Origin: a virus
Length of the DNA stretch: 64,000 nucleotides
Virus record (IMG/VR): IMGVR_UViG_3300025009_000080
Coordinates: 1-64,000 of that record
Strand: one strand, 5' to 3'
The notes beneath the pieces are model-generated. The model worked only from the letters and a program-made list of their open reading frames with translations. It made no database searches and was not told where the DNA came from. Positions 24,617 through 33,800 of the stretch are shown here, piece by piece. Position 1 is the first letter of the stretch, and every line of letters starts with the position of its first letter. The position numbers and the translations under genes are program-made.

Positions 24617-27235
24617 TTACTGGTTGTAAATTATAGTCCCTGTCATTGTCAAAGTAGCTCCTAAAGCGTTACTAATCCTTACCGTTGCCCCGTTGTCCAC
24701 AATGCAGAATTTAGCATCTGTATTCGTGTTAACCACGTTGGCAGAGTTTGTTATTAAAGTTACTACTGCTGCACTGGTGAAAATAGCCCAAACGTATTCC
24801 TGAGCGTCACCGATCATTAACTGGATCATACCTCCTGATGTTCCGGGAGTGATGTCAATGTAACTTCCTGCGTCGTAGTCCGTCCCTGCTTGGGTGTTGT
24901 CAACCAATGACCGCCCCAAAACCTGTAATTTGTTTGATGCTGTGTTGGTAGTTGTTCCTGTTGTAGAATTCGTTACCGTTTGTATAATTGCATCTGATTT
25001 ACCCGTGCCTGTTGCCAGTCCTGATACCAACAATAAGTCACCACCATTTTTATCAGTAGCTGCAAGGGTTGCACCCGGAGCTTCGACTGTCATGTTTACC
25101 CCTGCCGTGTTGGCGGTGGTGTTGCGTTCTCCCCAAACTTTGAAGGCGGTCTGACCCGAAAAGGAAAGGAGGTTGGTGGGGGATAGTGTCCCAAACCCAA
25201 CATATCCAGTAGCTTTAATAATAGCAGAAGCCCCAGCCATTGTTGTAAAGTTTGTAATATTATTTCCAATTCCAACGTCTCCATTTATACCTATTACAAT
25301 TGGTGCTAATGATCCATTTGCTATTAAAAATCGAAATGGCACATTACTATAACTCCCCAAATATGCACCACCAGCATCAACACCAAATGATCCTTTACTA
25401 TTCGTTGCAGTAGCCTCAAATATTGTTCCTCCTTTAATGTGAAATTTATCAATAGGTGTTATACCAATCCCCACATTACCATTCGATAGAATGGTCATCC
25501 TTTCCGTCAAAACAGAAGGTGCTGCATCCGTGGCAGTCCAAAATGACATCTTTGTTGGTACACGGGTTGCTGCGATTGTGCCAGTGGAGGTAACTTTGAT
25601 AGCCCCCATATCCAAATAGTTGGTTCCATCATACCCCTGTGCCCGGATTTCTCCTAAATCAGCCCCAGTAGTGATTACTGTCGGGGCTGCATTCGTTCCA
25701 TAAGACTTACTGAGGTTAATGATTGCCCCCTCTGTCCCATCATTGTGCTGGCTTGATGTTATGCCACGAGGTGAAGTGGTGAGAGTGGAAGAGGCGTGGA
25801 GACGAGTGGCGGGGAGAATAGTACCTAATCCTAAATTACCAGAATTATTTATTACACCAGAAACAACACCGCCTCCTCCAAATTCAAACACATTACCAGT
25901 TGAATATTGCACTGCTTGTAAAATTGTTGCAGATTCACTTCCTGAAAATAGTCCTCTATTTCCAGTAACTCTATAGCCAAAAATCGTACCTAATCTTACA
26001 TCTAATTGTACAATAGGGTTATTTGTCCCGATCCCCACATACCCACTTGGCAAAATCGTCATCCTTTCCGTTAAAACAGAAGGTGCTGCATCTGTGGCAG
26101 TCCAAAATGACATCTTTGTTGGTACACGGGTTGCAGCGATTGTTCCGGTGGAGGTAACTTTGATAGCCCCCATATCCAAATAGTTGGTTCCATCATACCC
26201 CTGTGCCCTGATCTCCCCTAAGTCCGCTCCTGTGGTGATGACAGTAGGGACTGCATTCGTTCCATAAGACTTACTGAGGTTAATGATTGCCCCCTCTGTC
26301 CCATCATTGTGCTGGCTGCTCGTTATGCCACGAGGGGAGGTTGTGATCGTAGAGGCTGAATGGATGCGAGTGGCAGGAAGGGTGGTGCCGATGCCGACTA
26401 ATCCGTCATCCCGTATTCTTAATTTTTCAGATAAAGCCCCGCCTGTATATGTGTAAAATTTCAAATCGGTATCCCCACTTCCAGCCCTATTTGTTCTTGT
26501 TGCTTCAATTTGAGCAAACACATTCTGTGTAGCAGAAATATCAAATTGTAACCTTACAGACCCTGCTGCTGTGCTATTTTGTAATCTAAGTAAGTCATTT
26601 GTCGCCCCTGATATAACACATTTTGGGGACATATATGTAGAATTTGCCATCCCAATCCCTACATTTCCATTCGGTAAAATAGTCATACGCTCCGTTAAAA
26701 CAGAAGGTGCTGCATCTGTGGCAGTCCAGAATGACATCTTGGTTGGTACACGGGTTGCTGCGATTGTTCCGGTTGAGGCGATTTCAATTGCTCCCATTTC
26801 GAGGTAATTTGTGCCGTCGTAACCACTGGCAACCAAACGCCCTAACATATCGCCCGTTACTACCGTTGTGGGTGCTAATAGCGTTCCACGTGCTTTGCGC
26901 ATATGGAATCTTGCTCCGTCTGTACCCGTGTTATATTGCGTTGACATTATGCCACGTGGTGAGCTTGTTAGTGATGAAGCAACCTGCATTTCGGTTAACG
27001 GAGAAGGAGTCCCTACACCCAACCACCCTTTTGAATTAACTACAATCACTGAATCCGATCCTGTTTTGTCGTTACGGATAACAAGCATCGTATCTGATGA
27101 TCCATTTCCATTAACCTCTACTTTAGCTGTAGCGGTTTTTATACCTACTCCAAGTTTTCCCGGAACATAGGATGTTTTCTGCGAAAATGCAAATGTGCTG
27201 ATAAACAGCGCAATAATTAATAATATCTTTTTCAT
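24617..27235 (-). CDS. tail-fibre-like repeat protein with signal peptide
   Basis: Repeated GNVGIGT/ERMTI fibre motifs; three ~95-aa modules; signal ...TFAFS|Q. Confidence 0.75.
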   Translation of the reverse strand: MKKILLIIALFISTFAFSQKTSYVPGKLGVGIKTATAKVEVNGNGSSDTMLVIRNDKTGSDSVIVVNSKGWLGVGTPSPLTEMQVASSLTSSPRGIMSTQYNTGTDGARFHMRKARGTLLAPTTVVTGDMLGRLVASGYDGTNYLEMGAIEIASTGTIAATRVPTKMSFWTATDAAPSVLTERMTILPNGNVGIGMANSTYMSPKCVISGATNDLLRLQNSTAAGSVRLQFDISATQNVFAQIEATRTNRAGSGDTDLKFYTYTGGALSEKLRIRDDGLVGIGTTLPATRIHSASTITTSPRGITSSQHNDGTEGAIINLSKSYGTNAVPTVITTGADLGEIRAQGYDGTNYLDMGAIKVTSTGTIAATRVPTKMSFWTATDAAPSVLTERMTILPSGYVGIGTNNPIVQLDVRLGTIFGYRVTGNRGLFSGSESATILQAVQYSTGNVFEFGGGGVVSGVINNSGNLGLGTILPATRLHASSTLTTSPRGITSSQHNDGTEGAIINLSKSYGTNAAPTVITTGADLGEIRAQGYDGTNYLDMGAIKVTSTGTIAATRVPTKMSFWTATDAAPSVLTERMTILSNGNVGIGITPIDKFHIKGGTIFEATATNSKGSFGVDAGGAYLGSYSNVPFRFLIANGSLAPIVIGINGDVGIGNNITNFTTMAGASAIIKATGYVGFGTLSPTNLLSFSGQTAFKVWGERNTTANTAGVNMTVEAPGATLAATDKNGGDLLLVSGLATGTGKSDAIIQTVTNSTTGTTTNTASNKLQVLGRSLVDNTQAGTDYDAGSYIDITPGTSGGMIQLMIGDAQEYVWAIFTSAAVVTLITNSANVVNTNTDAKFCIVDNGATVRISNALGATLTMTGTIIYNQ
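25494..26960. repeat. three dispersed ~280-bp direct repeats within the fibre gene
   Basis: 25494-25771 and 26058-26335 nearly identical; about 26682-26960 more diverged. Confidence 0.9.
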
Positions 27236-27249
27236 TTTGTTTGTTGATT

Positions 27250-27960
27250 TTAGTATAAGTAATAAATCTTAACTGTCATTGCTTCTGCACCTGTAAGGTC
27301 AATATGCCACAAAGAATCCGCTGAATCGTAGTACATCTGTACATTAGGTTGTGGGATTAGTTGAGTGCCTGATACCTCGAATATCTGATGTAAAAAGTCT
27401 CCTGTTACAGCAAGTGGCAATGTTATATCATTTACCGATGCTGTCAGGGCTACTTCCTGAACCACTACAGCAGGAACAGTTGTAGGTGTTACAAAAGCGT
27501 AAGCCCCATCTACGACACCCAATACCTGCCCCGGATCAGCCGTTGCAGGATCGGGCAGATCGTACGCTACACTACTTTTTTTTTTCCAGTTACTAAGGTC
27601 GGTATGTGCAATAAGCAGGGCTGCTGCCGAAGTAACCTCCGGTGTAACTTCTACTTCACCTTCCATTACAGCCGGTGCTGGTTGCCATGTGCTTTGATTT
27701 GACACCATCTGTACGTCAAACTGAATTTCCTCTACCGGATTATCCTGATGAATGATAATCATTATTTTATCCTGAAATGGATAACTTGCATCCGTTGTCT
27801 TATAGTCCTCTATAAGTAACGTCGACAGCGCACAGTCGCCATCAAGAATAGTTATAGGATGTGTACCCACACCCGACCCGTTATCTTTTTCGATAACAAT
27901 GCCCTTTGCAGTAGCATCGGAAAGGTATGTGGCTGCTGATAAAACTAACATTTCGTCCAT
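27250..27960 (-). CDS. putative virion protein
   Basis: Acidic, late operon. Confidence 0.6.
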   Translation of the reverse strand: MDEMLVLSAATYLSDATAKGIVIEKDNGSGVGTHPITILDGDCALSTLLIEDYKTTDASYPFQDKIMIIIHQDNPVEEIQFDVQMVSNQSTWQPAPAVMEGEVEVTPEVTSAAALLIAHTDLSNWKKKSSVAYDLPDPATADPGQVLGVVDGAYAFVTPTTVPAVVVQEVALTASVNDITLPLAVTGDFLHQIFEVSGTQLIPQPNVQMYYDSADSLWHIDLTGAEAMTVKIYYLY

Positions 27961-27965
27961 TGTAT

Positions 27966-28430
27966 TTATGTTTTCTTGGTGAATACTGACTTAGCGTATT
28001 TTAATGCGGTTCCTATTCCGCCCTTTAACTGCAAAATGAACCATAGGATAATAATAATTAACAGGATAATAAATCCCAATACAAATGCCCACATAAAACC
28101 GGGAATATGGTTTTTAACTACCGTTTTGGGAGGATTATAGACGTTAAACCGCTTTAAAATGGTTCTTGTTACCGTTTTAACCTTGTCTTTGTATAGGATT
28201 TTGTAGATTGTGGTGTCGTGTTCGATAATCTCTGTGAACGGATTGTCTTCTATGATTGTAGTATCTCCCCACCAAAGGCTGTCGGTGTAGAATACAGCTA
28301 CGCTATCGGTAGTCCCTGCTTCCGTAACACAATACGGACATATCTTTGATTTAAGACGTTCCAACCTCTTAACGGGGTCACAGGATGTCAGGAGGAGTAA
28401 TGATGCGAATATGATTAGGGTTTTCTTCAT
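27966..28430 (-). CDS. putative unimolecular spanin (lipoprotein + C-terminal TM)
   Basis: Lipobox LLLTS|C; C-terminal TM FMWAFVLGFIILLIIIILWFIL; next to the endolysin. Confidence 0.65.
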   Translation of the reverse strand: MKKTLIIFASLLLLTSCDPVKRLERLKSKICPYCVTEAGTTDSVAVFYTDSLWWGDTTIIEDNPFTEIIEHDTTIYKILYKDKVKTVTRTILKRFNVYNPPKTVVKNHIPGFMWAFVLGFIILLIIIILWFILQLKGGIGTALKYAKSVFTKKT

Positions 28431-28434
28431 AGTG

Positions 28435-28854
28435 CTATATTTTTGCTAATTGTACGTGCATACCGTCCCTGCGTTTAAAATTACCACCCCAATCGAACCC
28501 TGCATCTGTAAAGCAAGCCACAAGTTCCGGTGACATTGTGGGAATTTGACCTAACTGATTCCATGAAGCGTTAAAATCAACCGCAATAGCCCATGAATGT
28601 AAACTCATGCTGCTTGCACCCCTTATTTTACGGATATTAAAACAGCCGTCAAAAGTTTTAACTTCATCAATCAAGCCACGGTCAATAATGTTTTTGAATG
28701 CCTGACTAAGCGGGGCAATTAAATCTTTATTACAATACAGGCGATTAGGCAAAGCCCCTATTTCGAGTTCTGCCGGGACATCCCATAGGACAAGCCAAGG
28801 ATTATTATTAGTTGGCTGCCCGTATTTCTTTAAACACTGTGCTGATGTTACCAT
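28435..28854 (-). CDS. endolysin, peptidase M15 family
   Basis: FNIRKIRG...SLHSWAIAVD...WGGNF...DGMHVQ; probable start ATG 28854. Confidence 0.9.
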   Translation of the reverse strand: MVTSAQCLKKYGQPTNNNPWLVLWDVPAELEIGALPNRLYCNKDLIAPLSQAFKNIIDRGLIDEVKTFDGCFNIRKIRGASSMSLHSWAIAVDFNASWNQLGQIPTMSPELVACFTDAGFDWGGNFKRRDGMHVQLAKI

Positions 28855-28872
28855 AATTTTTGCTTTATTTTG

Positions 28873-28952
28873 CTCCCTGAGTGTAAACGAATACACGGTA
28901 GTTTAGAAAGCTACTGCTGCACTTTTCCTTACAGGTTAGTCAGCACCAGGGA
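28873..28952 (-). ncRNA. cloverleaf tRNA-like element in the lysis cassette
   Basis: TCCCTGG/TCAGGGA-G-CAA; arm TGCTG..CAGCA; GTAG-CTTTCTAAA-CTAC; GTGTA-TTCGTT-TACAC. Confidence 0.55.
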
Positions 28953-28979
28953 AGTCTTTACATACTATGGCTCGTCAGC

Positions 28980-29393
28980 CTACTTAGAATAGTTTCGTTT
29001 GAAGGTTCCTCCTCCAACCTTTCTGTTTTCGATCCATGCACCGTATATCAGGTTAATTATCTTCACTACCCATCCAATAAAGTCGTAGTTGGCAGCAGAA
29101 GGCAGAAACCTTAAAATATATCTCAAAATTGTAATCCCAATAACAGACCCAAGAAATAAATAAATTTTTTCAAGCCACGTAGACGCACTGGATTCTGGCT
29201 CAGGTGCTATTGTCGACTCCGGCTCAGGGGTCATTACGGGCGTTTCGGTATCCGTAACAGTAGCAGTATTGGGATCTACTACAATTTCGGTTTTTGCCTT
29301 TTCAGGAGGTGCTTTACCACCCACAGAGACACCTGCAAACATAATTGCTCCTATAATGGTAAACATCAGGAGCATTTTAATCATTGTTTTCAT
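28980..29393 (-). CDS. putative holin / membrane protein
   Basis: Hydrophobic N-terminus plus C-terminal TM segments; basic tail; upstream of the endolysin. Confidence 0.55.
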   Translation of the reverse strand: MKTMIKMLLMFTIIGAIMFAGVSVGGKAPPEKAKTEIVVDPNTATVTDTETPVMTPEPESTIAPEPESSASTWLEKIYLFLGSVIGITILRYILRFLPSAANYDFIGWVVKIINLIYGAWIENRKVGGGTFKRNYSK

Positions 29394-29429
29394 AGTTGTT
29401 TTTATTTGGTTAATACTCGCCTTTCGGCA

Positions 29430-29762
29430 TTACTGGCATAATTTACTTGGCTTCACTACATCTGTAGCCCCACCTCTCATATTCATATCCTGTAATTCGA
29501 GTTCAAAGAGTTTATGCTGCACTGCATCCTGATCTATCTTATTGCCTCCGAATAACACAAGGTTCATGTAATATAATCTCGTGTTAATCTTTGCTATTTC
29601 TACATCATTCTTGGTTATTTTTGCAATAATTTCCTCTCTGTCTTTGTTTTGATAGGTTATTGCAGCAAATACAATGCTTATTACAGCGACAAAGAATGCA
29701 ATAAATTGCTTCATTGGCATCTTAACCGGAGTAGTCTCTGTAATGATTGGTTTTTTTTCCAT
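29430..29762 (-). CDS. single-TM coiled-coil protein (lysis-associated?)
   Basis: TM FIAFFVAVISIVFAAI. Confidence 0.6.
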   Translation of the reverse strand: MEKKPIITETTPVKMPMKQFIAFFVAVISIVFAAITYQNKDREEIIAKITKNDVEIAKINTRLYYMNLVLFGGNKIDQDAVQHKLFELELQDMNMRGGATDVVKPSKLCQ

Positions 29763-29777
29763 AGAATTATTAGTTTT

Positions 29778-30866
29778 TTAAGGTGATACATCGCCATTAC
29801 AGCGTCCAAAGATAGTATAATTTCCACTCATTGTCAACTCTTTGTATTCAAATATATAGTCGGGAGATGGGAATGTTAATAACTGGCCGACAAATCGTTT
29901 CGCTACATAGAGCGCATCTACTGAATTTATAAGCATATCATTGGTTACGTCGGCTGCCTCCTTTCGCAATCCTGTTAATAATTGCATCCCTGTAAAGTGT
30001 TTTAGGATAAGCATAGCATCTACAGCGTTTGAGTTACCCCATGTAGCATCTGTTATTGCATCAGGGTACAGCGTTTGCTTTGTAGTAGTATATGTTTCCC
30101 CTGAAAATACAGTGTCATTGCCGTATAAGATATAGCCGGAAATCGTGTCCTGAGTACCATCGTATATCAGGTATCCGGTCACGGTAATGCTGTCTGGTAC
30201 GATATTATACACACAGGTTTGCGTTTTCCCGTAAATCTGTCCGCAAAAATACATTGAATCTATGTGCCACCATTCTATGTTATGAAACCAACCCCAACCC
30301 CAATTGCAATGCCACCTGTCAGTAGTCCAATCATAATCATCAATAAGAACAAACCGGGAACACCCCCCTGAATACGGGTATGTCTCTATAATAAATGGTT
30401 GTTCAAGTGCTATATTGTCCCTTAATTCCGGCAATACGTGATTAACCGAATCTGTTTCACATTGGTATCCATAAAAATCCCGCAATACATTCCGTACCGT
30501 ATCTACGTTTACAAGTCCACAGTTCCACGCCAAAGGATAAGGACTGTAACTCGACTGGCAGGCAATGTCCATCTCTAATACCGTTGAACTAAACAGGAGC
30601 GTATCATCAAAGTAAATGGTAAGCCCTTCTGAGCAAAGATTCCCGACATTAGACTGATAGCAATTCGATTGAAACGGATATTCAGGGTGGTTGTAGTAGT
30701 TAATAACTTGCGCCATTGCTATTGCGTGGCTGTTAATCAAACACGTTTCGTTGTTGTAATGGGGATATGTGCAATTAAATGGAGAATCAACAGACCAGTT
30801 TGTCTGAATAATTTGCGCCTGAGTGTCAAGCGTTATTAGCAAGCATATAGCAAGTACTGTTCGCAT
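29778..30866 (-). CDS. secreted peptidase C10-like (probably inactive) + dockerin-like domain
   Basis: SPFNCTYP, AIAMAQVINYYNHP, WHCNWGWG; NAVDAMLILKH...ADVTNDMLINSVDALYV. Confidence 0.7.
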   Translation of the reverse strand: MRTVLAICLLITLDTQAQIIQTNWSVDSPFNCTYPHYNNETCLINSHAIAMAQVINYYNHPEYPFQSNCYQSNVGNLCSEGLTIYFDDTLLFSSTVLEMDIACQSSYSPYPLAWNCGLVNVDTVRNVLRDFYGYQCETDSVNHVLPELRDNIALEQPFIIETYPYSGGCSRFVLIDDYDWTTDRWHCNWGWGWFHNIEWWHIDSMYFCGQIYGKTQTCVYNIVPDSITVTGYLIYDGTQDTISGYILYGNDTVFSGETYTTTKQTLYPDAITDATWGNSNAVDAMLILKHFTGMQLLTGLRKEAADVTNDMLINSVDALYVAKRFVGQLLTFPSPDYIFEYKELTMSGNYTIFGRCNGDVSP

Positions 30867-30868
30867 AC

Positions 30869-33800
30869 TTAGTAGTGGATTGTCTGAGCGTATGCCGAAA
30901 GTCTGTAAAATAAAGCACCGTCTGTCCCCGATTTCTGCCTCGCACGTATTAAATATACGTCTCCGGTTGTTGCATTAATATCATAAGCGGTTACGTGTAT
31001 TGGGTTATATTGCCCACCATTCTGAATTGATAATTGAGATGTGGGGACTTCCGCAGCGTCAGTAACGTTGTATACTTGCACCTCTAATGTTTGTAAGGCA
31101 TCAAATACCGAAACTGACATATCAATATCAAATTTCACATGACCCGTTAATCCTGTATATGTTAGTTTAGCAGTATCATTGTCAACCGTAAATCCCTGAG
31201 CGTCCAGACTTGTTAACGCAAGCGCAAGCGGATAATAAGTATCTATAACTGAAAATGTAAGATTATACCCCGTGTTATTTGAATAGTAAGCAAAACAATG
31301 TGCCGGATACCGCCGTGCCTTTACTTCACCTGTTGCTTCGTTCCATGTCAGGTCGTATTTGCAGGTGTCGGCTTTGGTGATTCCTTGTACTTTTAGCTTT
31401 CCCTGTAAATCAGCAGACCATCCACTTGATGACGTAGAGAATAATCCTGTCCCCGTTGTTGCTGTTGAGTAAAATCCATATCCTGATGTGGCAGAACCAA
31501 TTACACCATTTCCTGTTGTTGCATACCCGGCTAATCCTACTCCTCCACTCGCATTGCTTTCGCCTTGTATCGCTACACCTCCACCGTTTTCTGTAACCCT
31601 GAGAAGTCCTAAAACACCCGTCTGATTTTCAGTACCGTTTATTAAAACTTCGCCGTTTGAGTACATATACAAAGTACTGTCGTTTCCGGTTTTCGAGTTT
31701 GAAATCTTAAAAAGCGTGTCGGATGTGGCGTTACCGTTAAGGCTAATTCTCGCCCCTGATCGGGTTGTACCTAAACTTATTTTGGTCGCTGAACGTGGGT
31801 AGGCTACGTCTCCCACCTGTCGCCAGATTGTATTTGCAGCGGAGGTGTCCGATATACTTGTGGTATCCCTCCACTTTGCCGTTGCTGCATCGTAGTACAG
31901 TACGTCGTCATCTGTTACGCCTGTTACGTTTACGTCTGTTAAGCCTGCTAAAGTGGTTGATCCAAGTGTAGGGGTAGCGTAACCAATGGTCTTGGTTGAA
32001 GGGTCTTGTGTAAGGTATCGGATAGATGATAAAGTTTGTAATTCTGGTAACTGCAATGTGTTTTCAACTATTCGTATTACGGTATCTGTTTGCGCAGGGT
32101 CTAATGGGTATCCATTAATTGACGAATACATAATATCCATTCGTGCATCATCTCCGTTTGTCTGTATGGAATAGAATCTCGCCCCCCTATCTCCCATATA
32201 TATACCGTTCTCCCCAAGCTCGGATAGTTGTTTTTCCATTATTATATGATTGGAAAATCCTGTATTGGGGTAATCTTCGTGACTGAATGGAGCTTGGCTC
32301 ATTCTTAAAACATTGGTATCTTTTATCATATTCAGCCCACCTTTTTCGTCAATAACCATAGCGAGCGTCGTATCACTGCCAACATAAATGCCTCCTGTTG
32401 CTGTGCCAAACGAGGGGATTGGAAGCGTTCCTGTAATATTATTGTCATTATAGGTAGTCGTAGTATTATCATTTATGGTTGTAATAAGCAAAAAATCAGG
32501 GTAATTCCCTACCTCCACACGGTAAATATTTCTCCCAATAACAACTCCTTGCTCTCCGGTGGGTATAAATTCTACGGTAATCTGTTCATTGGCCACCACG
32601 TCAGATAAATTTGAATTGTCTGATAACTCAGATTCGCCCTGTGCTGTCAAAAAGGATACTCTGTAATAAAATTCCCCTGAAAGATTACCGGGTGTTGCAT
32701 TAAGACTTGCTGTCGGAGCTTCTGGTTTAGGTAAGTGATGTATCCATAAGTTACCATACCTGCTCTCTACTTCTCTTACCGAAACAGTATCGGTAAATGA
32801 ATAATTCCCATACCCCGTATCCCCTGTAGTCTTTAAATACCCACTGTCCTGAGACAAAAAGCCTGAAATGTCGTATTGCGTTGCTACCTGAGAACTATCT
32901 GCTTTCAATGTCCCTGTTGATGTTATTGTCCCTCCGGTTAATCCCCATGAAGTCGCTACGGATGTTACAGTGCCGCTTGTGGGAGAAGAAGCCGCCCACG
33001 AAAGCGTACCGTCTGTCTGACTTGTTAACTGATACCCTGAGCTTGCAGGGTAAGCAGGGGGCATTGTGTATATCTGAAAGCCAGTATGTGCGGGATCTAC
33101 GTATAATTCAACATACCCTGTCTCTCCTGCGGTTGTCATTCCGAGTTTACTACCTACTGCATATATCCCTGATTTTGATTTTATCCATCCTGAATTAGTG
33201 TAGTTACCCCACATATAATCCGTTGTGGTTTTGAGATAGCCCGTATCTTTAGCAACAACCCAATCCGTACCGTTAAATTTCATTATATCACCATTAACCT
33301 GACTGGTTAAAGCAATGTCTGTCCCGTCTACTGCGTTATCGGATATGGCAAGTGCGCCAGTATTTGACATTGTTGCATCCCCTGAAACCAATCTTTCTGT
33401 CGCTGCATTTGACGAATTACCTACCATGATGTATCCGTCCGACTGCTGAATATACTCTGATGTTACCTTACCAAATGCAGGTGTCCCTGAACCAGAAATA
33501 GGGCTTCTAAATACTAATCGCTCTGCCTGTGATGTCCACGATAGTGCAAAAGTACCCGAACCCGTTATCGGTGATCCGATAGTTGTAATTTCTGACGGTG
33601 TTGTCATAGCAATACTTGTTACCGTTCCGGGTGTAAAATAACTCATTACACCTCCTGTGGTCACACTAAAACTCTGACCGCTTACAGACGGGTATGTACC
33701 CGGCAATGTCAGCGTCACATCTGAACTCATAGCAGGAACTCCAATCTGAACATAGTTGGTTTGCGCTCCGGGTTGCTCTGTTAACCTGAAATACCCTTTA

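Noticed and set aside
28965-29000. Hammerhead ribozyme (CGAAAC...CTGACGAG on the minus strand)
   Set aside because: Stems I and II cannot be formed with proper geometry.
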